From the NCBI RefSeq assembly GCF_009914755.1, contig NC_060944.1: a stretch of DNA of 64,000 nt. One strand, 5' to 3'. The stretch comes from the human T2T-CHM13v2.0 reference genome, Homo sapiens. A model generated the notes under the pieces. The model saw nothing but the letters and a program-made list of their open reading frames with translations. It did no database searches and was not told where the DNA came from. The position numbers and the translations under genes were made by a program. Positions 38,018 to 54,758 of this stretch are shown piece after piece. Within the stretch, counting starts at the first letter, position 1; each line of letters begins with the position of its first letter.

Positions 38018-41000
38018 ACAGCATAGATTATATGGCAGTTGGGAAGAACAAAATAGCCTGGACAAATTAATATCTATTAATGGCATCAACCATTCCTTCC
38101 TCCATTAAATAAATATTCCTTCCTTTCATCCTCTTTTCCCTCCTTTGTTCCTTCATTCCTTCCTCTTTCCCTTCTTTCCTTCCTTCCTTTTTTCTTCTTT
38201 CCTTCCTTCTTTTCTTCCCTCCCTGCATTCCTTTCATCCTTCAACAAATACTGGTTGTGCTTTTACTATGCACCGGACTCTATTATATTTAACAATGGAA
38301 GTATAATACTGAACCAGAAGTTCTACCAATTGTAATAGCAAAACATGCCAAGCCTTGCAGCAAGCACTTTGCAAACATTATTTTGCTTTATTCTCACAAA
38401 CAGCCGTATGAAGTAGAGGTTGATTCACTCATGATAGGGAAGAGAAAATGGAGGCAGAGAGATTCTGCCTGAATTCCCCAAGGTCCTACAATCTCTGAGC
38501 CTCACTCATTCATTATGACATATCTAGAAAGCCATCGTTCCACAGCAAGCACTGTGCTAATTCCCAGGGAGTAAGCCATAACCAGGACAAGAGTCTGCCT
38601 TTGAGGCTAGTGGCAGACAAATAGATGAAAAACTCTAGGGGAAATGCTGAAAGGAGCACACAGGAGGTGGCTCTGCCTGGTTCTGGGGGAAGCCGGGATG
38701 GGGAACAGTGGTCTCAGAGGCAGTGTTTGGAAAAGAATGCTGGATTTAACCCCCAACTCACTTGCTTTCATGAAGACATGCCCCACTTCTACATCTTTAT
38801 GATGTGGACATAATATCCTTCTCATAGGAAGGTTGTAAGAATTAAATGTATGTAATTATTTTCCTTAAAGCCCATAGTAGGTTTACAAGAAAGCACATAG
38901 TAGGTCTATAAGAAAAGCAAGTTCTAGGTAGAGCCACTACATGCTCTTACCATGCTCTGTAGCCTCACCTGCAGCGTAGAGAACTTGCAGCAACTTCTCA
39001 ACTCTAACTAATTAATAATCCTGCAAAATCTCAACCTGCTGTTTGATTCAGATAACAATGACAGTGAAACTACCGTTGACTGGCCTCTTTTTATAACTCA
39101 GGCATAATTATTCATATTATCCTCATTTTGCAGAGAGGTAAACCAAAGCTCAAAGAGTTTCATGATTTGTCCAAGAAGACAAAACTAAACCTGGAGGTAG
39201 GTTTTGAACCCAGGACTGTCCAATGCTCATCAACTTTCTCCTGCTCCTTGGTTTCCTCCTCCTTGCCTGATGGTTTCTAGGTAATACTCATGGCTGGATG
39301 TACCTCCAACAGCCCAGAGAGAAAGCTGTAAAATGTGGCCTAAGAGCTGAGAGGAGAAAGGACACTTTCCTGGGCCTTTTGGAGGCTCCAGCTATCAAAC
39401 ATTGCAACTCAGGGGCCCAGGACTGACCCGCAGGGTGAAGCAGAACATCCTTGTTCTCTTTCTTTTAATGCTCTTGTTCAATCAGGCAATTATACATTTG
39501 CCATATGGTGTCTAACCAAGAAATGACCCAAATTCCAGTGAAAATACATACACCTAATATTAAAAAAGAACATCCTCATTCTGACCCTCAGGAATTCATT
39601 TTAGGGAAAGGAAATGAGAACTGAGGAAACAGGGTCAAGTACAATAATCTAGCATCTCTCAAGCAGCAAGAAACAAATGCATCGTCTTCCTTAACGTTTG
39701 CATTTTTTCAAAAATATTTGGCTTAACTCCGTCTATGCATCTCAGCCTCCATTGCACCTTCCCCCCTCATTTGGACTTTTGAATGCTCAATCCTGACGTG
39801 TATAATTTGGTGCTTTAATATAGAGTAACATTATTTTTCATTTACTCCAATCTGCCATCAGTATCATCTTTTCATTTAACCAGATGCAATTCTTTTTTCT
39901 TTCGCTAAATTGAAAATCCATGAGCGACAGGGAGTGCAATGTTTTAATTAGCTCATATTTTTTATATGGATTTATGTCTTTAAAATACATTTGTGTAATT
40001 CTTCAGCTAAATTAAAAACGTCTTTGCGAAAGTGAGGAGGGGAAAATAAAGAGCTAAATTGTGTCATTAGCTTAGGTGGTTGCAGATGAGGAGCAGAATC
40101 TGGTGGAGGGACACACAATCGCCAGAGCTGCTCTCTGTGAGGATCTTGAACTTGCCCTTCCTGCAGAGAAGTCTTTCTCCATAAAGATCTCTCAAAAATG
40201 GCTTGGGGAGGATTTTTTTTTAAGGCCTCTAGTAAGTAAACAAGCAGTTACCTTCACTGAGCTAATTTGAAACCCAACCTGCCACCAAACAAACAGAGAA
40301 AAAGAAGTCATAATGATAAACAGTTTTCCTTGCATTTCTCTTTGTCTTTTTCTTTTTTTAACTATCAAGTTTAAAGCTTTCCACGATGCTTTTTTCTACT
40401 TTCTAGGAGACAAGTGACATTCTGTGGTAAATGGGAGAAAAAGCCATGCAGAACTGAAATCTCTCTAACGCATTGACACTAACTTGCCCTCTATTGTTGG
40501 AAATGAGCAGGCGTTCATGATTGTTCATCAAACGGCTCCTAATGCAGTTAAAGCATTCAGCTATAATTTCTCCTTGCATTTATAATTACTGTCATAGACT
40601 GCACACCTCGGTGAGCAGATTAAAGCTATAAACTATTTAGCCTCGGCTCTAAGACGAGGAACTTGATTTGTCTGGCAGGAGTTATTTGTTAGGGAGCTTG
40701 ACACTTCACATAAAAATGACTCAACTTGATGAAGAACAATGCAGTTTTAGCAATGTGGGGATTTTAAATCAGTCATGATGCCACGCCCTGCAAGAATCGC
40801 AGGGCAGTTTGTTAAATGATATGTAGGCCAGGGAGATAAGGGAATGTGTTAAGGGTACCAAAATAGAAGAGGATTTGGTGTGCAGTTGCTTTCTTTCCCG
40901 ACTCTCTCCTGGAAGATCAGGAGTTTGTTGAAAATCAGTGCATGTCATGTTCTCCTATTAAATCCAGTGTAAATGTTATGTGAGGCTCACCTGGAGGGAA

Positions 41001-44000
41001 AAGGGATGCCAGCAGCCACAGGCACATGTCACATTTGGGGGTTTTACAGAACTCTGTGTAGCTGTTGAGAACATTCGCCTCCAGAAGCGAAGTTCTGGAG
41101 TATATGGAAAAGCCAGGAGTATATGGAAAATAGTTGTTTGGTTTGGTTTGTTTCCTGGAACATGTTCATGTATTTCTTTGTGTATTTGTTTGTTTACTTG
41201 CAGGAGGCATAGAATATATTTAGGCACAGAAGGTGTTTCCATGGGGCTGATTCTATACCTTTTATCTGTGAAAATAAACAAAAAATAGATACTTTCCAAC
41301 TCAGACATCTTCTGATTGTTGAGACACAGTGATCAAGAGCTTTTTCTCAATGAATTTTGGGCAAGTTTGACTTGCCATGGAATCATCTCCCACCTACCCA
41401 CACTTCATAGCCATAAATAGACACAAATTTCCCTTAAAACTGGCATTCAGCATCAAGACTGTTGAATGTTTATTTGCCGCAAACAGTGGATACCGGTGCC
41501 CAAATATTAGGGATCATGAATACAAGTGCTCCCAGGACTGGGCGATGACCTGGAGGACCCTAGCATGCCGGCAGGGGCCGTCACGGGGAAGCTAGGAGGC
41601 CTTGCACAGCACCAGTGGTTTCCAAAGAAGTAGCAAATCCAGATCTTTGTGTGAGCCCCCCAGTGTTCTAGTCGAGAGGGTTTTTTTAATGGATGTGTTT
41701 TGGTTTAGTTCGGATTTTAGTTTGTTTTGTTGTTTTTGTTCTGAACACCCTTCAAGCCAAACAAAGTACATCAAAGACCAGATTCAACTCCTAGGCTGCT
41801 AGCTCGCAGCCCCTGGATCTGGTGGCAGGTCAGGTGGAGACACTGGACCTGTTTCTTGGTGTTCTTTGTCCCCTCTCCCCCAAGGTAACCCCACTAGGAC
41901 TTTGGGCTCTAACATGAGTGCCACTTTTCCGCATCTCAGAGGATACTGGGCTGTTCTTTAGGAAACTCTACTTCCTTCTGAAGATTTCGTCAAGTTGCTG
42001 CTACTCAGAGGAGGGGGGCAGGCTGGGCTCCCCTGGAGAGGAGCCAATCATTCAGGCTTACCCAGGACTTGGCCGGGAGGGTTCCAGGGATTTGAGAATG
42101 AAACCAGAAAATTCCAGGCAAATCAGGTGAGTTGGTCACCCTGCTCTCCTGATATACTCTGGTTTCTTTTCAGATTATATAAATCTTTTGCCTTCTACTA
42201 ATACATCTCTTGCCTTAGGGCACAATACTCATTGCCGGCGTAGCTTGTGAAATGGTGTGTGTTCTCTAATCCTTATGATATTTAGTCAATGCTGTTACCC
42301 AGCACATTTGACCTATGGTATTTGTCTAATCCTCACAGCAAAACTGCAAAGTAAATATTATACCCATTTTAGAGATGAGAAAGCTGAGGCTCAGAGAAGG
42401 CATTTCAGGTGCAGGTAGCAGGTAGCAGGTAGCACACAGCAGTAGCACAGCAGCAGGTAGTGGAGCTGAGACTCCAGGCCACAGCCATCAGAATCGGAGC
42501 ACAGGGCTCCTTATGCAGCACTGGGCCACCAGTGCTCAACTTCAGTGTATATGGAACAGACAATGTTTCAAAGCATGGTGCCTTTAAAGTGCATAGTCTT
42601 AATGAGCTGATTTTTGAACATGTGTAACGGTGCCTTGGCTGTATTTGCTACAAAGAGTGGAATCTTCTTGCATGCCAAAAACCCCAGCCCAAAGGATGCA
42701 TGTCCAGAATGAGCAAGTGTTTCTAAAGTTTTACCAACTTTAGCCCAAATATATGCCTTGCAAGCTACCCAGCACTCATGCCAGTAGGCAAAGGACTATG
42801 GCTAAAGGAGATTTTGTTCAATGAAGTTAGCCTTCAAGTTATTGTTCCGTGATATGTGTTGATTTTTTTTTATACAAAGCTTCTCCCTTTATTCACTTGG
42901 GTGCTCTACAGGGAGCACTCACTGTAGGTTAGGAGCTGGCATTCCTGTCGGGGAGATGGGCAGACAAAAAGTGTCATAATGATGGAAAACATGGCAGTGT
43001 GGAGGGCCAGAGGGCACCATGGCTTACAGGGAACTCAGGGAAGGCCTCATTGGGAGAATCTGTTTATGTTGAGACTGGCCAAGAAGCACTTAGAGAGAGG
43101 GGTTCCCAAGAAGCGGTAAGAGTACCTGCTCCTCTCCAACCACCGAAGGCGAGAGCAGGCCTGGTGGATCTGCAGATGTATCAGGGGTCAGGGGAGACAC
43201 AGCTTGGGGAGCAAGGGGAGAGCATTGAAAATGAAAACTGGAGAAAGAGGCCAGGGCCAGAGCGTTCAGGGGTGGGGGAGATGGGGAGAAATAAGGCCTA
43301 GAGAGGTTCAGTGACTTAACCCAGGCCACACAGCTAACAGACTTCACATATCCAAAGAAAGTCCCAGTGAGAACATTCAAATGCATTGAGCCAGACAGGG
43401 AAGGCACACTTAGGGGCTTGGAAGATATTAAATTTCACATTTTCAATGCCACAAAGGCTGAGACAAGGGAGAGACTGGCAAGCATGAGAGGGGCTTGAGG
43501 GGTGTTGGAGGTGAGCAGGGACAGGCGGGGGTGCAGCAAGTCATGGCAGGGGAGTTAGGAAGGAGGAAAGGAGGTCTGTTGGCTGCCAGGTACAACACAG
43601 GGGAAGCTGCTGTTCCTTTCCTCCTCCAGCCCCGCAGCGTTAACCTACTCCGTGGGGGCTCAGCCCACCTCTGTGAGCTGGACTTTCTTTTTCTGTTGTA
43701 TAATAGGCGCCATGGCAGTAAATGCCACCTCCCTGGCTCCCTCGGGGAAGCCCCACGCCTTGATTATTCCTGAGAATTGGTGACATTCTGTGGCTGCTCC
43801 TTGTGGGGGAGGCACAGGTCTGGCCCACCTGATGGTTTTTGTTCACTTCTTGCTGTCACTTTTGAAAGAGAGGAAGGTTTTACATACACATAAGTAATTA
43901 ATTTTGTTCTTTCTTATTCTGAACGTCCCACACATCAGCAGAAAACCAGAAAGACTTCTTCAGGACAGAGAGGCACAGGAGAGCAATCTAAGAGAAATGT

Positions 44001-44849
44001 GTTTTCCCTTCCTCCCTCCCTCCTTTCTTCCCTCCCTTCCTTTCTTTCTTTTTACCAATATTTGTCAGACACTTCTTACAGGCACTGAGACTATAACAGG
44101 GAAAAATGCGAGCTCCCTGCCCTTGGGAAGCTTAGAGTCTGACCCTCCACTTTAGACTGAGGCTCGAGAGAAGATATTTGGCCACAGCTACACCAGTTTT
44201 ACCTGCAGTGGGATAAGATCTAAGCAGTTAGACTTACTGGGTTTTATGGGAACACCAAGGAGAAACATCTAACCCAGGATGGGGGTCAAGGGTGGAGGAG
44301 GACACAGGGAGTCCGGGAGGGCTTCCTGCATGGGAGCCCTGATTCTGAGACTTGCAAGATGAGCAGAAAGAAGTCAGGAGTAAAGAGATGAAGGAGGGAC
44401 ACAGCATGAAAAGAGAATAACAGAAAAGGAAATCTTCTGGAAACAAGAAGTTCAATTTGAAAGTATTTGTGCGCTCTGCCCCACGCCCAGAAATTGTTTT
44501 CTCATTTTCACTAATTTGATGTAAATAACTGTACACTCAAGCTCTGACAATGCTGGGACCCTGTGTTTTCACCCCTCCACTTACAGGATCACTTTCTAGT
44601 TCAAGGCAACACAGTTTGTTCTCTCAATGCACCTATGCACTCTCACCTCAAATAAGAAACCAATTACCTTGGCTTTTCTGAAATACCAAAAATAATTCTC
44701 ATTGTCCCATCATTACTACTAGTAAGAATAATATGGCTATAATAATAGTTAATTGTACCATTCATAAATCCAAAAGTGTTTGTGTGCATGTACTTTTTTC
44801 TCAAGCCCTATACAAGGCTCTAGGGATAGAGTGGAATCACAAACAATGA

Positions 44850-45209
<360 letters not shown>

Positions 45210-47671
45210 TGATGATTATATAACCACACAGGTAAACGTTGATGGCACTGGTAAGAGTACCACCTATGAGGCTGCAAGGGCCACAAAGTCTCTAGCAGAG
45301 GCTTTGACCTGGCACTGAGATCAGGATAGGCCTCGAGGGAAGATGGGAAGGGCCTCAGAGCTAGTGAGCTGAAACAAGAAGTGTGTCCCAGGCAGAGGGC
45401 AGAGCCTGTGTCGAGGCTCCGAGGCCAGTAAGAAGAGGGACAAGTACAGGTGCCTGAAAGAAAGCCAGTGAGCTGGAAGGGAGAGGGAGAGCATGGATGG
45501 TGTGAAATGAGGCTCCAGTGATGCAGTTTCTTTTAATATTTCAGCCTCTGCTCAGATCCTTAAAGGCGCTATTCACATCTTTCAATAATCTCACAGGATG
45601 GGTGATAGTCATCCATTTTACATAAGAGGAAACTGAGGTTTAGAAATAATGAAAAGCCCCAGCCTCACAGTCCATGGCAGAGAGAGGATGGGAGTCCAGC
45701 TTAGACCCTACACATGTGTTCCTTCTACCACATGACTCTTGTAGTCATGTCATCTCCTGTCTGTACCTACAAAGGGCTGTTTAAAGATGCCCAGTGTATG
45801 TTAGATGCTTGCAATAGTCAAGGTCAGATACTCACAAACACTTAGTAAATAAAACTAAGTAAGGAATAAATGAGTGCTGACATACTCATCAACACTGATA
45901 TTTATTGAATGCCTCATATGTGCTAAGCTCAGGCTAAGCACTTTTCACATAGTATCCTTCTTAATTCTTGCAACAACTTTTTGAAATAGGCATTTTTATT
46001 ACTATTCCCCCTGTGCTGCTGAGAAAACTGGAGCTTTAAGAGCTCTAGTGATTGTCCAAGGTCACGCAGCTGGTGAGGGTTGAAGGTGGGACTCAAACTC
46101 CCAGCCAGAGCCTGAATCTTAACCCTCCCTGGACTGCTTCTGGTGAAGCAAAGCAAAGTCCATGGAGGCTCAGTGTGCAAGACAGTTGGCTTGGCCACTT
46201 GGGGATGGAGCCTTCGGAGGCCTTTTCAGGAGAAAGTGTGGATTTGAACTGAAGAATTGCATAAAAAAGGCAGGGGGCGGGCATTTGGAAGTCCTTTGGT
46301 CAAAAACACCTTTCCATTTTCATGTTGGAGCCTCCAATACATTATATGTTCCATGCAGAATACGAAAGAAGTCTGTGCAAGATACAGACCCAGATTGAAT
46401 TACTTACTATTCATTTCGTGTCACGTCAACAAAGATGGGAACCAGTTAAGGAATGGGGGTGGATCTTTATAATTGAGAAATTCAGATGTTCTGAACTTTG
46501 GGACCTGAGATGATCTACAAATCCAGACATGGGCCGAGACATGGCAATACGAGGGAAGAACTCAAGCAGGAGGAGAAAAGACTGCCTATCCAGGCAATAG
46601 CGTGACTTAGAAACAGGATTTGAGTACCACTTCATGGCTAAGCATGTGCGGGATGGAACCGGTCTTCCTGGGCTTACATCTTTGCTTTGCCTCTTCTTTC
46701 CCTGTGATGAGTCTTGGGGTAGGCCTCAAAGGCTGAATCTTCAATATAAATACAACAGTGAATGAACAACAAATGGTTATTTTAAAGATCTATCTTGGAT
46801 GGCTATTTAATTTCACTAAACCCCAGGTTGCTCACCTGTTGACTGGAACAAACAATAGTCCCTTCTTCATGCGGGCATGGTGAGGGTTTTAACCCCGCAT
46901 TGTCCACAAAGACCACTTAAATTATAGTAGATGCTCAGCAAATCTGAGCTATTATTTTTATCACGACTGTCAGAGGTCAGATCAGGCTTCGGGGTCAGAC
47001 ACACCTGGGTTCAAATCCCAGCAGGGCCACTTACTGTTGGAGCCGGGGCAAGTCAGTTATTCTCCCTGAGGGTCAGTTTTCTCATCCCTAAAATTCCAAC
47101 TAATAATACTCATCTTTCAGTGATGCCGTGAGGTCTTAAAAATAATATAGGTTCAGATTGATAAAACAGGCTGGCACAAATTGGATGGCAGCAAATGTCC
47201 TTGCAGCCCTGTGTCTCCTGCCTTAGTTTGTGTTGAGGATTAGGTCAGATAGTGTACAGGGGTGGGGGCTGTCAGCGTGGATCTGGCACACACAGCAAGT
47301 GCCTGAGGAACTGCTTTCCTCTCAATTCCCTTCCCCTCAACCCCCAGCCCTTGATCACCTAAAGAAAAAAACCCTTTCATTTACTTAAGGTTTAAATTAA
47401 GATGTGAAATGGATGGTGCCACTTTATTTGAAGGAATAAAGAGAGATTGTAAGTATAGATTTATCTAAAACAGCTCTGGGAGGGGTGGGGGGGATAAAAG
47501 ATATGCCCCTGAGAAAAAATGGAATGTAGCATTAACCTGCATTTCCTTCCCTCCAACTTTCCCATTCTCTTCCTGCCACCAGCCACCTTGCAAAGCCCCA
47601 CTTGTTACAACACACATTTGCTGGTGGCTAAGCCATGCTTGGGAAGAACTGCACTGGAGTTTTCAGTGAAG

Positions 47672-47760
47672 GTGATGATGATGGTGATGATCATGATGAT
47701 ATGATGATGGTGATGAGGAGGAGGAGGAGGAGGATCTGATGATGAGGATATGATGATGAT
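47672..47760. repeat. (GAT)n/(GAG)n compound trinucleotide repeat
   Basis: gtgatgatgatggtgatgatc...gaggaggaggaggag...gatgatgat. Confidence 0.9.
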
Positions 47761-47830
47761 TAAATGTTGTAACACACGAACTTAGAATAGTGCCTGGCAC
47801 AGTATCCATTATCAGAAAATCCATGTCATT

Positions 47831-47939
47831 CACATTAGTGGGTGCAGCGCACCAGCATGGCACATGTATACATATGTAACTAACCTGCACAATGTGCACA
47901 TGTACCCTAAAACTTAGAGTATAATAAAAAAAAAAGAAA
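47831..47939 (+). mobile_element. L1HS Ta-subfamily 3' end, severely 5'-truncated
   Basis: cACAttagtgggtgcagcgcaccagcatggcac...aaaacttaGagtataat + poly(A); perfect 17-bp TSD agaaaatccatgtcatt (47814-47830 / 47940-47956). Confidence 0.93.
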
Positions 47940-47984
47940 AGAAAATCCATGTCATTGATATTGACAGAGAACTAACATTTATTG

Positions 47985-48471
47985 AGCACTGTTTGAATCA
48001 CCACATAGGTTAATTATATTATCAGTAACAATGAAGTGAAAGGAACCTCTTCTTTTAATCCTTTTTTATATAAAATAATATATTCTCATATCATCTCTGA
48101 GAGGTAGATGGAGACCCTACCTTCATTTACTAATTTACCTTTAAGGAAACTGAGGCATTTTTCAATAAAACTGGGAGCTATGTAGGAATCTGGCCACAGT
48201 GAAATGCACCTGTAGAGGGTATGGTGGAGATGCCTTTGGATGTCTGATACTATATCCTTGTGCCCACGCCTGGCTTCTGCTTGTTTTCCCCTCTAATAGA
48301 TGCACCTGCAGCTCTCTTCTGAGGACATCTCCCAGCTCCTGGAGCTACTCTGCTTGCACACACAGAGCACCCTTGGTGCCTGCAAGTGTGTGCCCCTGGC
48401 TGGCCTTGAGTTAATGACTGATGTGGAGTACCAGAGCCCAATTCTTGCCTCCCGAGAGGCCAAGCTCTGAG
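47985..48471 (+). repeat. Arm A of an inverted duplication (partner 59927-60440)
   Basis: e.g. gatactatatccttgtgcccacg here versus cgtgggcacaaggatatagtatc at ~60150. Confidence 0.9.
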
Positions 48472-49921
48472 TCCTAAGCTGCTAGGGCCTTATGTATCCT
48501 ATCTCAATTAATCTTTCTCCTAAATTCTATAAAGAAGGAACTATGATTGCACCCAGCTTACAGGTGAAGAAACCAGCCCTCAGAGATGTGAAGTGACCAG
48601 GAAGGCCACACAGCTAGTAAGTAGCAGAGCTGGAAACTAAGTATAGACAAATGGAGGATTTGCCTGAAGCCAGAATTTTGGCTGAAATGTCAGCACCATT
48701 CTGGCATCCCTTGGTGAAATTCTGTGCATAGTACACCAAAGCGTGAGATGCAGACACACCACTTATTTGAAGGAGAGAACAGATGAATGCCTCCCCCCCA
48801 AAAAAAGCTTAAATATCCCCAAAATTCAAATCTTTGACCAAGGCAACTTTCTACCACTCGGGGCCTTCAGCAAATTGACACTTCAAATGTGCATGGTTTT
48901 ATTTGGTATTTTTTTATCGATGGAGAAAAAAATGATGTTTCAGGTTATGCTTTTTTCAATGCTACATTTCTCAATTTCACAGTCAAATAATTCTATTTTT
49001 GTTCACCAGAGGATTTTGTCATCTTTAATTGTTTATGACTACCCCCTCCCCCTGTACTTGCGGGAGCCTCCACTTTTCCCCCTGCTGCCTTTCGTTAGAC
49101 TCTCCCGTGAGCAGTAACCATGGAGATGGGTCCCTATTGGATAGTCTCTGCTCTGGCTTAGAAGTCAAAGAGCCAATCAGGACCTCGTCATCCCAGAAAT
49201 GTAAGAGGATGAAAAATGCGAGGCCTTTGTAAGTGGAGGGGAGACCTGATATGCAGTCTCCAGAGACAGGGAGTTCCTGATGCCTAGAAATCCTGGGAAG
49301 GAAACACACAGCAGCTAAGCTCAGTGGGGAAAAACATGGGTCCTGGAACTGCTGGAGTCTGGCCCCAGGGCTGAGTCTCCTCTTCCTGGCTGAGGGACCT
49401 GGGTCAGGGCACACCACTTCTTTGAACCTCAGCTGTCTCTTCTATCAAGCAGCAGCAGGAAGGCTGAGCTCACATACTGTTATAAAGATAAAATTAAATA
49501 CAACCCACTAAGCACCTGCCTAGCCCTGTATCAGGCATGTAGAAGTCCTCAATTAACAAGAGCTACTCTCATAATAACTAAAAATATAGCAACCCTAGAA
49601 TTGAGGCTGGGTGAACAGGTCTAACAGCCCTGCCCTCAGAATGTTTGCTGCCCATCACGGAAGGAAGACAATGAAACCACAAGGCTTAGCCTCTGCTCAC
49701 TGCTAGCACAACAGAAGTACGGAGCCAGTGGGGAAAAGAGGGGTCAAAGAAGTCTAACCAAATGAGAAGAGATCTAGGCTGAGTCTGGAATGATGAAAAG
49801 GAGCTAGCCAGGAGGATAAGAGGGAAAAGTGTTGCGGAAAGAAGGAACGGCAAGAGTAAAGTCTTGTTAAGTGAGAGAGAGGGTGTGGTTCATTCCAGAA
49901 AATGCATGTGGCTCAGTATGA

Positions 49922-50437
<516 letters not shown>

Positions 50438-51423
50438 GAGAAGTGGACTTTTAACTGAGCCTCCAGTTGACATTGGATACAAGGTCGACCTCCACCTCGA
50501 AGCTCTGGGAGGGCAGGGGCTGCATCTGACTGGCTTCCTGTTGTATTCCTTGGAACCCAGACTCTACAAATATTGGATAAAAGAAAGGAAGGAAGGAGAA
50601 GAGAGAGGGAGAAAGGGACATGCTATCTAGGAAGTGATTATACTTCCTTTTGCCATCCTCCATGGGCGAAATGACAATAATACTTACGTCTCTCATCCGT
50701 GAGGCAGATCAAATACATAAAAGTACACAAAACATGAAGCACAGTCCCCAGCATCTAACATAAGCCCAGTGCAAATGAGTCTTCAGGCTTTGCACAGCCA
50801 GAAAAGTATGAGGATGTAAGAAACATTTCCAGCCTGCCGTAGAAAGGACTAACACTCTGCCAGGATGTTTTTGCATCCGGGGTAAGAAATGTCTATGCTA
50901 ACTCTTGGAGGAACTGCTGTGTGCCAGGCTCTGTTCTGAGTCCTGGGCTACACCAGAGAATAAGAGAAACAGGGGATGCAGGTTGATAATAATACTAAGG
51001 GCTAACATCTATTGAGCACATAAATACAAGTAACAATTTCTGAGAATGAGGGGCTACCAAGGAAATATGGGGTAGTGCAAGGGACTGTGACAGGGCCACC
51101 TACTTTAAATAGAGGAGATTGAAAAGACAGGAGTCAGGTGGCAACTTGGAAGCAGAACATCCCAGGCAGGAGAAACAGGAGCAGGGCTGATATGTTTGAT
51201 TCAGAGAAAGGCCGGAGTGTCATGAGCTGGGCATCCAGTGGTGGGACATGAATTGTGGGATGAGCATGGGACAACTCAGGGCTTTGTAGAACATGCTAAG
51301 AACTTTGGATTTTTTGAGACCATGCTAACTGGGTGGGGAAATAAAAGAACGTTGGATTTGTTTTTCATTAGGTCCACTGGGAAGCCATTGAAGCAGCTTG
51401 AACAGGCATGTGGCATGATCTAC

Positions 51424-51855
<432 letters not shown>

Positions 51856-52126
51856 TGAGCATGGGAAGGAATGCGTGGACCTGGGAGAATTCTGGATCAC
51901 TCAGGACCATGCTTGCCTAGGGAGGAGAAGGGACTTCAAACAAAGAAGACACGTGTTCATGGGGACAGATTCTCTCAGCTTCACACTGTGGGGCCCCGGG
52001 TGGGCTCTAGAGGACCAGGATACAACTGCTCTTCCCGAATCTCCCCTGGACCACCCGGACTCCCAAGCATGCCATCACTGCCCATCTCCCAAGAGGAATC
52101 CATTCCGATAAAAGTAAACCACTAGT

Positions 52127-52423
<297 letters not shown>

Positions 52424-53738
52424 CTATTTTCATGCTTCTCCAGGAATTACGAAGTGTAAAGACAAAAGGTCCCGCTGTGCTCGCCTTCCTATTTTTCAAT
52501 CCTAATTTCATTCCTCTCTCCATTCTGTAATTCAGCTCCCCCTCCTCTGAGCCTCCACAGTAGGTGGTCCTGACTTCTGTGGGAGATTTACTGGAGAGAT
52601 GACATGGAGGAACACATTGTCTTTTTCAAAATGATTTAGTGACCTTTTTGGCATCCCCGTGATTACTGAAATCTTGCGTAATTATTCAGTTTGCCAGCAG
52701 AGAGTTCTGTTGATCAGGGGAAAGCTGAGGTAGATGTCAGATGACAGTAAATTTGCAATCCATAATTGTAACCACTTGATGCTGGAGCAGACCAGGGAAC
52801 AAGGACTTGGTCACAAGGCCATGGATGGTTGAACCAATACGAGCACCAAATTATCTCACGCATCACACATGCAGAAACGTTGCCTATCTTTCTTTCCTCG
52901 CTAGCGCTCTTTCTCTTTCTTTGCCTCTTTTTCTCTATCTCTATCACTGTCTTCATCCCCTTCCCTAGAGATGGGCACGTTGAATACTCTGCTCTAAGTC
53001 TTCTAGGTCCATTTCCACCCAGAGCCAGTGATGCCGTAAATACAGCCACAGGTTTTTCCCCCAAGAATTCCCATAAGCTCTTTCTGGTCTTACTGTTCTG
53101 GTCTGTTTGGCCCCTGCTGGAGCTCAAGCATTGATTTTTTTCTGCTTTGCTTGCTTTCTGACAGCACGGCTTATATTGGAAAGGTCTGTGTCAGGAATTA
53201 GAGAACATTCCTAACAATGGGGAAAAGTACCCTAATATAAATATACCATTTGTGGACTTGCACTTTGACAAGTGCAAATGAACTGGAAGACACTGGAAAA
53301 GCTCTGAAGTCATGGAAACATGTAACAGAGGCATTTACTTAATAACTCATCTCATTCCTTGAGCTCACCTTATCAAGCTTTAACCTCTGAGTCTCTAAGT
53401 TCCTAGTTCAAAAATGCAGAGTCTCCTCTGTCCTCATGTTAATTTTTAAATTATATATCATTGTAGAGAGGCCCTTATGTTGAATATTATGAGCCATTTT
53501 CATATCTGAAATGGGGAATTATAACTGAACATTAGCAATTGCCTATAAATCTCAGCAAGCAAAGTGGCATCTATAATACATGGCATTAACTGGGGAGAAA
53601 TGTGGTGCACAAAAAGGGGGATTTAGAGGGGTGGAGGTGATTTTCAAGAGGAAAGGCTGCAGGTCGATGAGCACAAGCCCCCTGTGTGCTGTATAATTCC
53701 TAAAATCTTAGTGGACCTGGGTGGAAGTTTGTTGACAC

Positions 53739-54335
<597 letters not shown>

Positions 54336-54758
54336 CTAAAGCTAGGATTTAGCTCCAGGCCTGGCTCTTTCATTTTTTTTTTTTTGGAACCACTTTTTTA
54401 GGTGGAAACTTCCTTGGAAGTTGAGAAATTTGTCCTAAGGCTTACTAGGAATTGGCAAAAGGGCAATAGGATATGTCATTCCAGGACAGTGTGTCTGCCA
54501 GCCAACTGGAATGCGAACAGGGCACTCTGCCTGGGAATATGAGCAGCTGCGTAGATCTATCCACTTTTGCTGGGGATCACCAGTGAGGAACCATGGTCAG
54601 GCTGCCTGGGTTTAAATTTAGGGTCCACTACTCACTAGCAGTAAGAGCAAATATTCTAACGCTCTCAGACACAGTTTCTTCATCTATAAGATGGGGATAA
54701 CTGTTCTACCTCAGGAATTGATAGAGTTAAAAGAAATAATCCAGATAATGCTTTAAGC

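Noticed and set aside
38867-38915. Small tandem duplications (23 bp here; also ~9768, ~22589, ~41097, ~42410)
   Set aside because: Ordinary slippage products with no evident motif consequence
46500-46930. Unique sequence with a short inverted repeat (atgcggg..cccgcat) as an ncRNA or pseudogene
   Set aside because: No recognisable family, ORF, tail or TSD; stem too short
52714-53134. Overlapping 137-aa and 101-aa ORFs with a hydrophobic stretch
   Set aside because: Driven by a CT-rich low-complexity patch; no homology I can recognise
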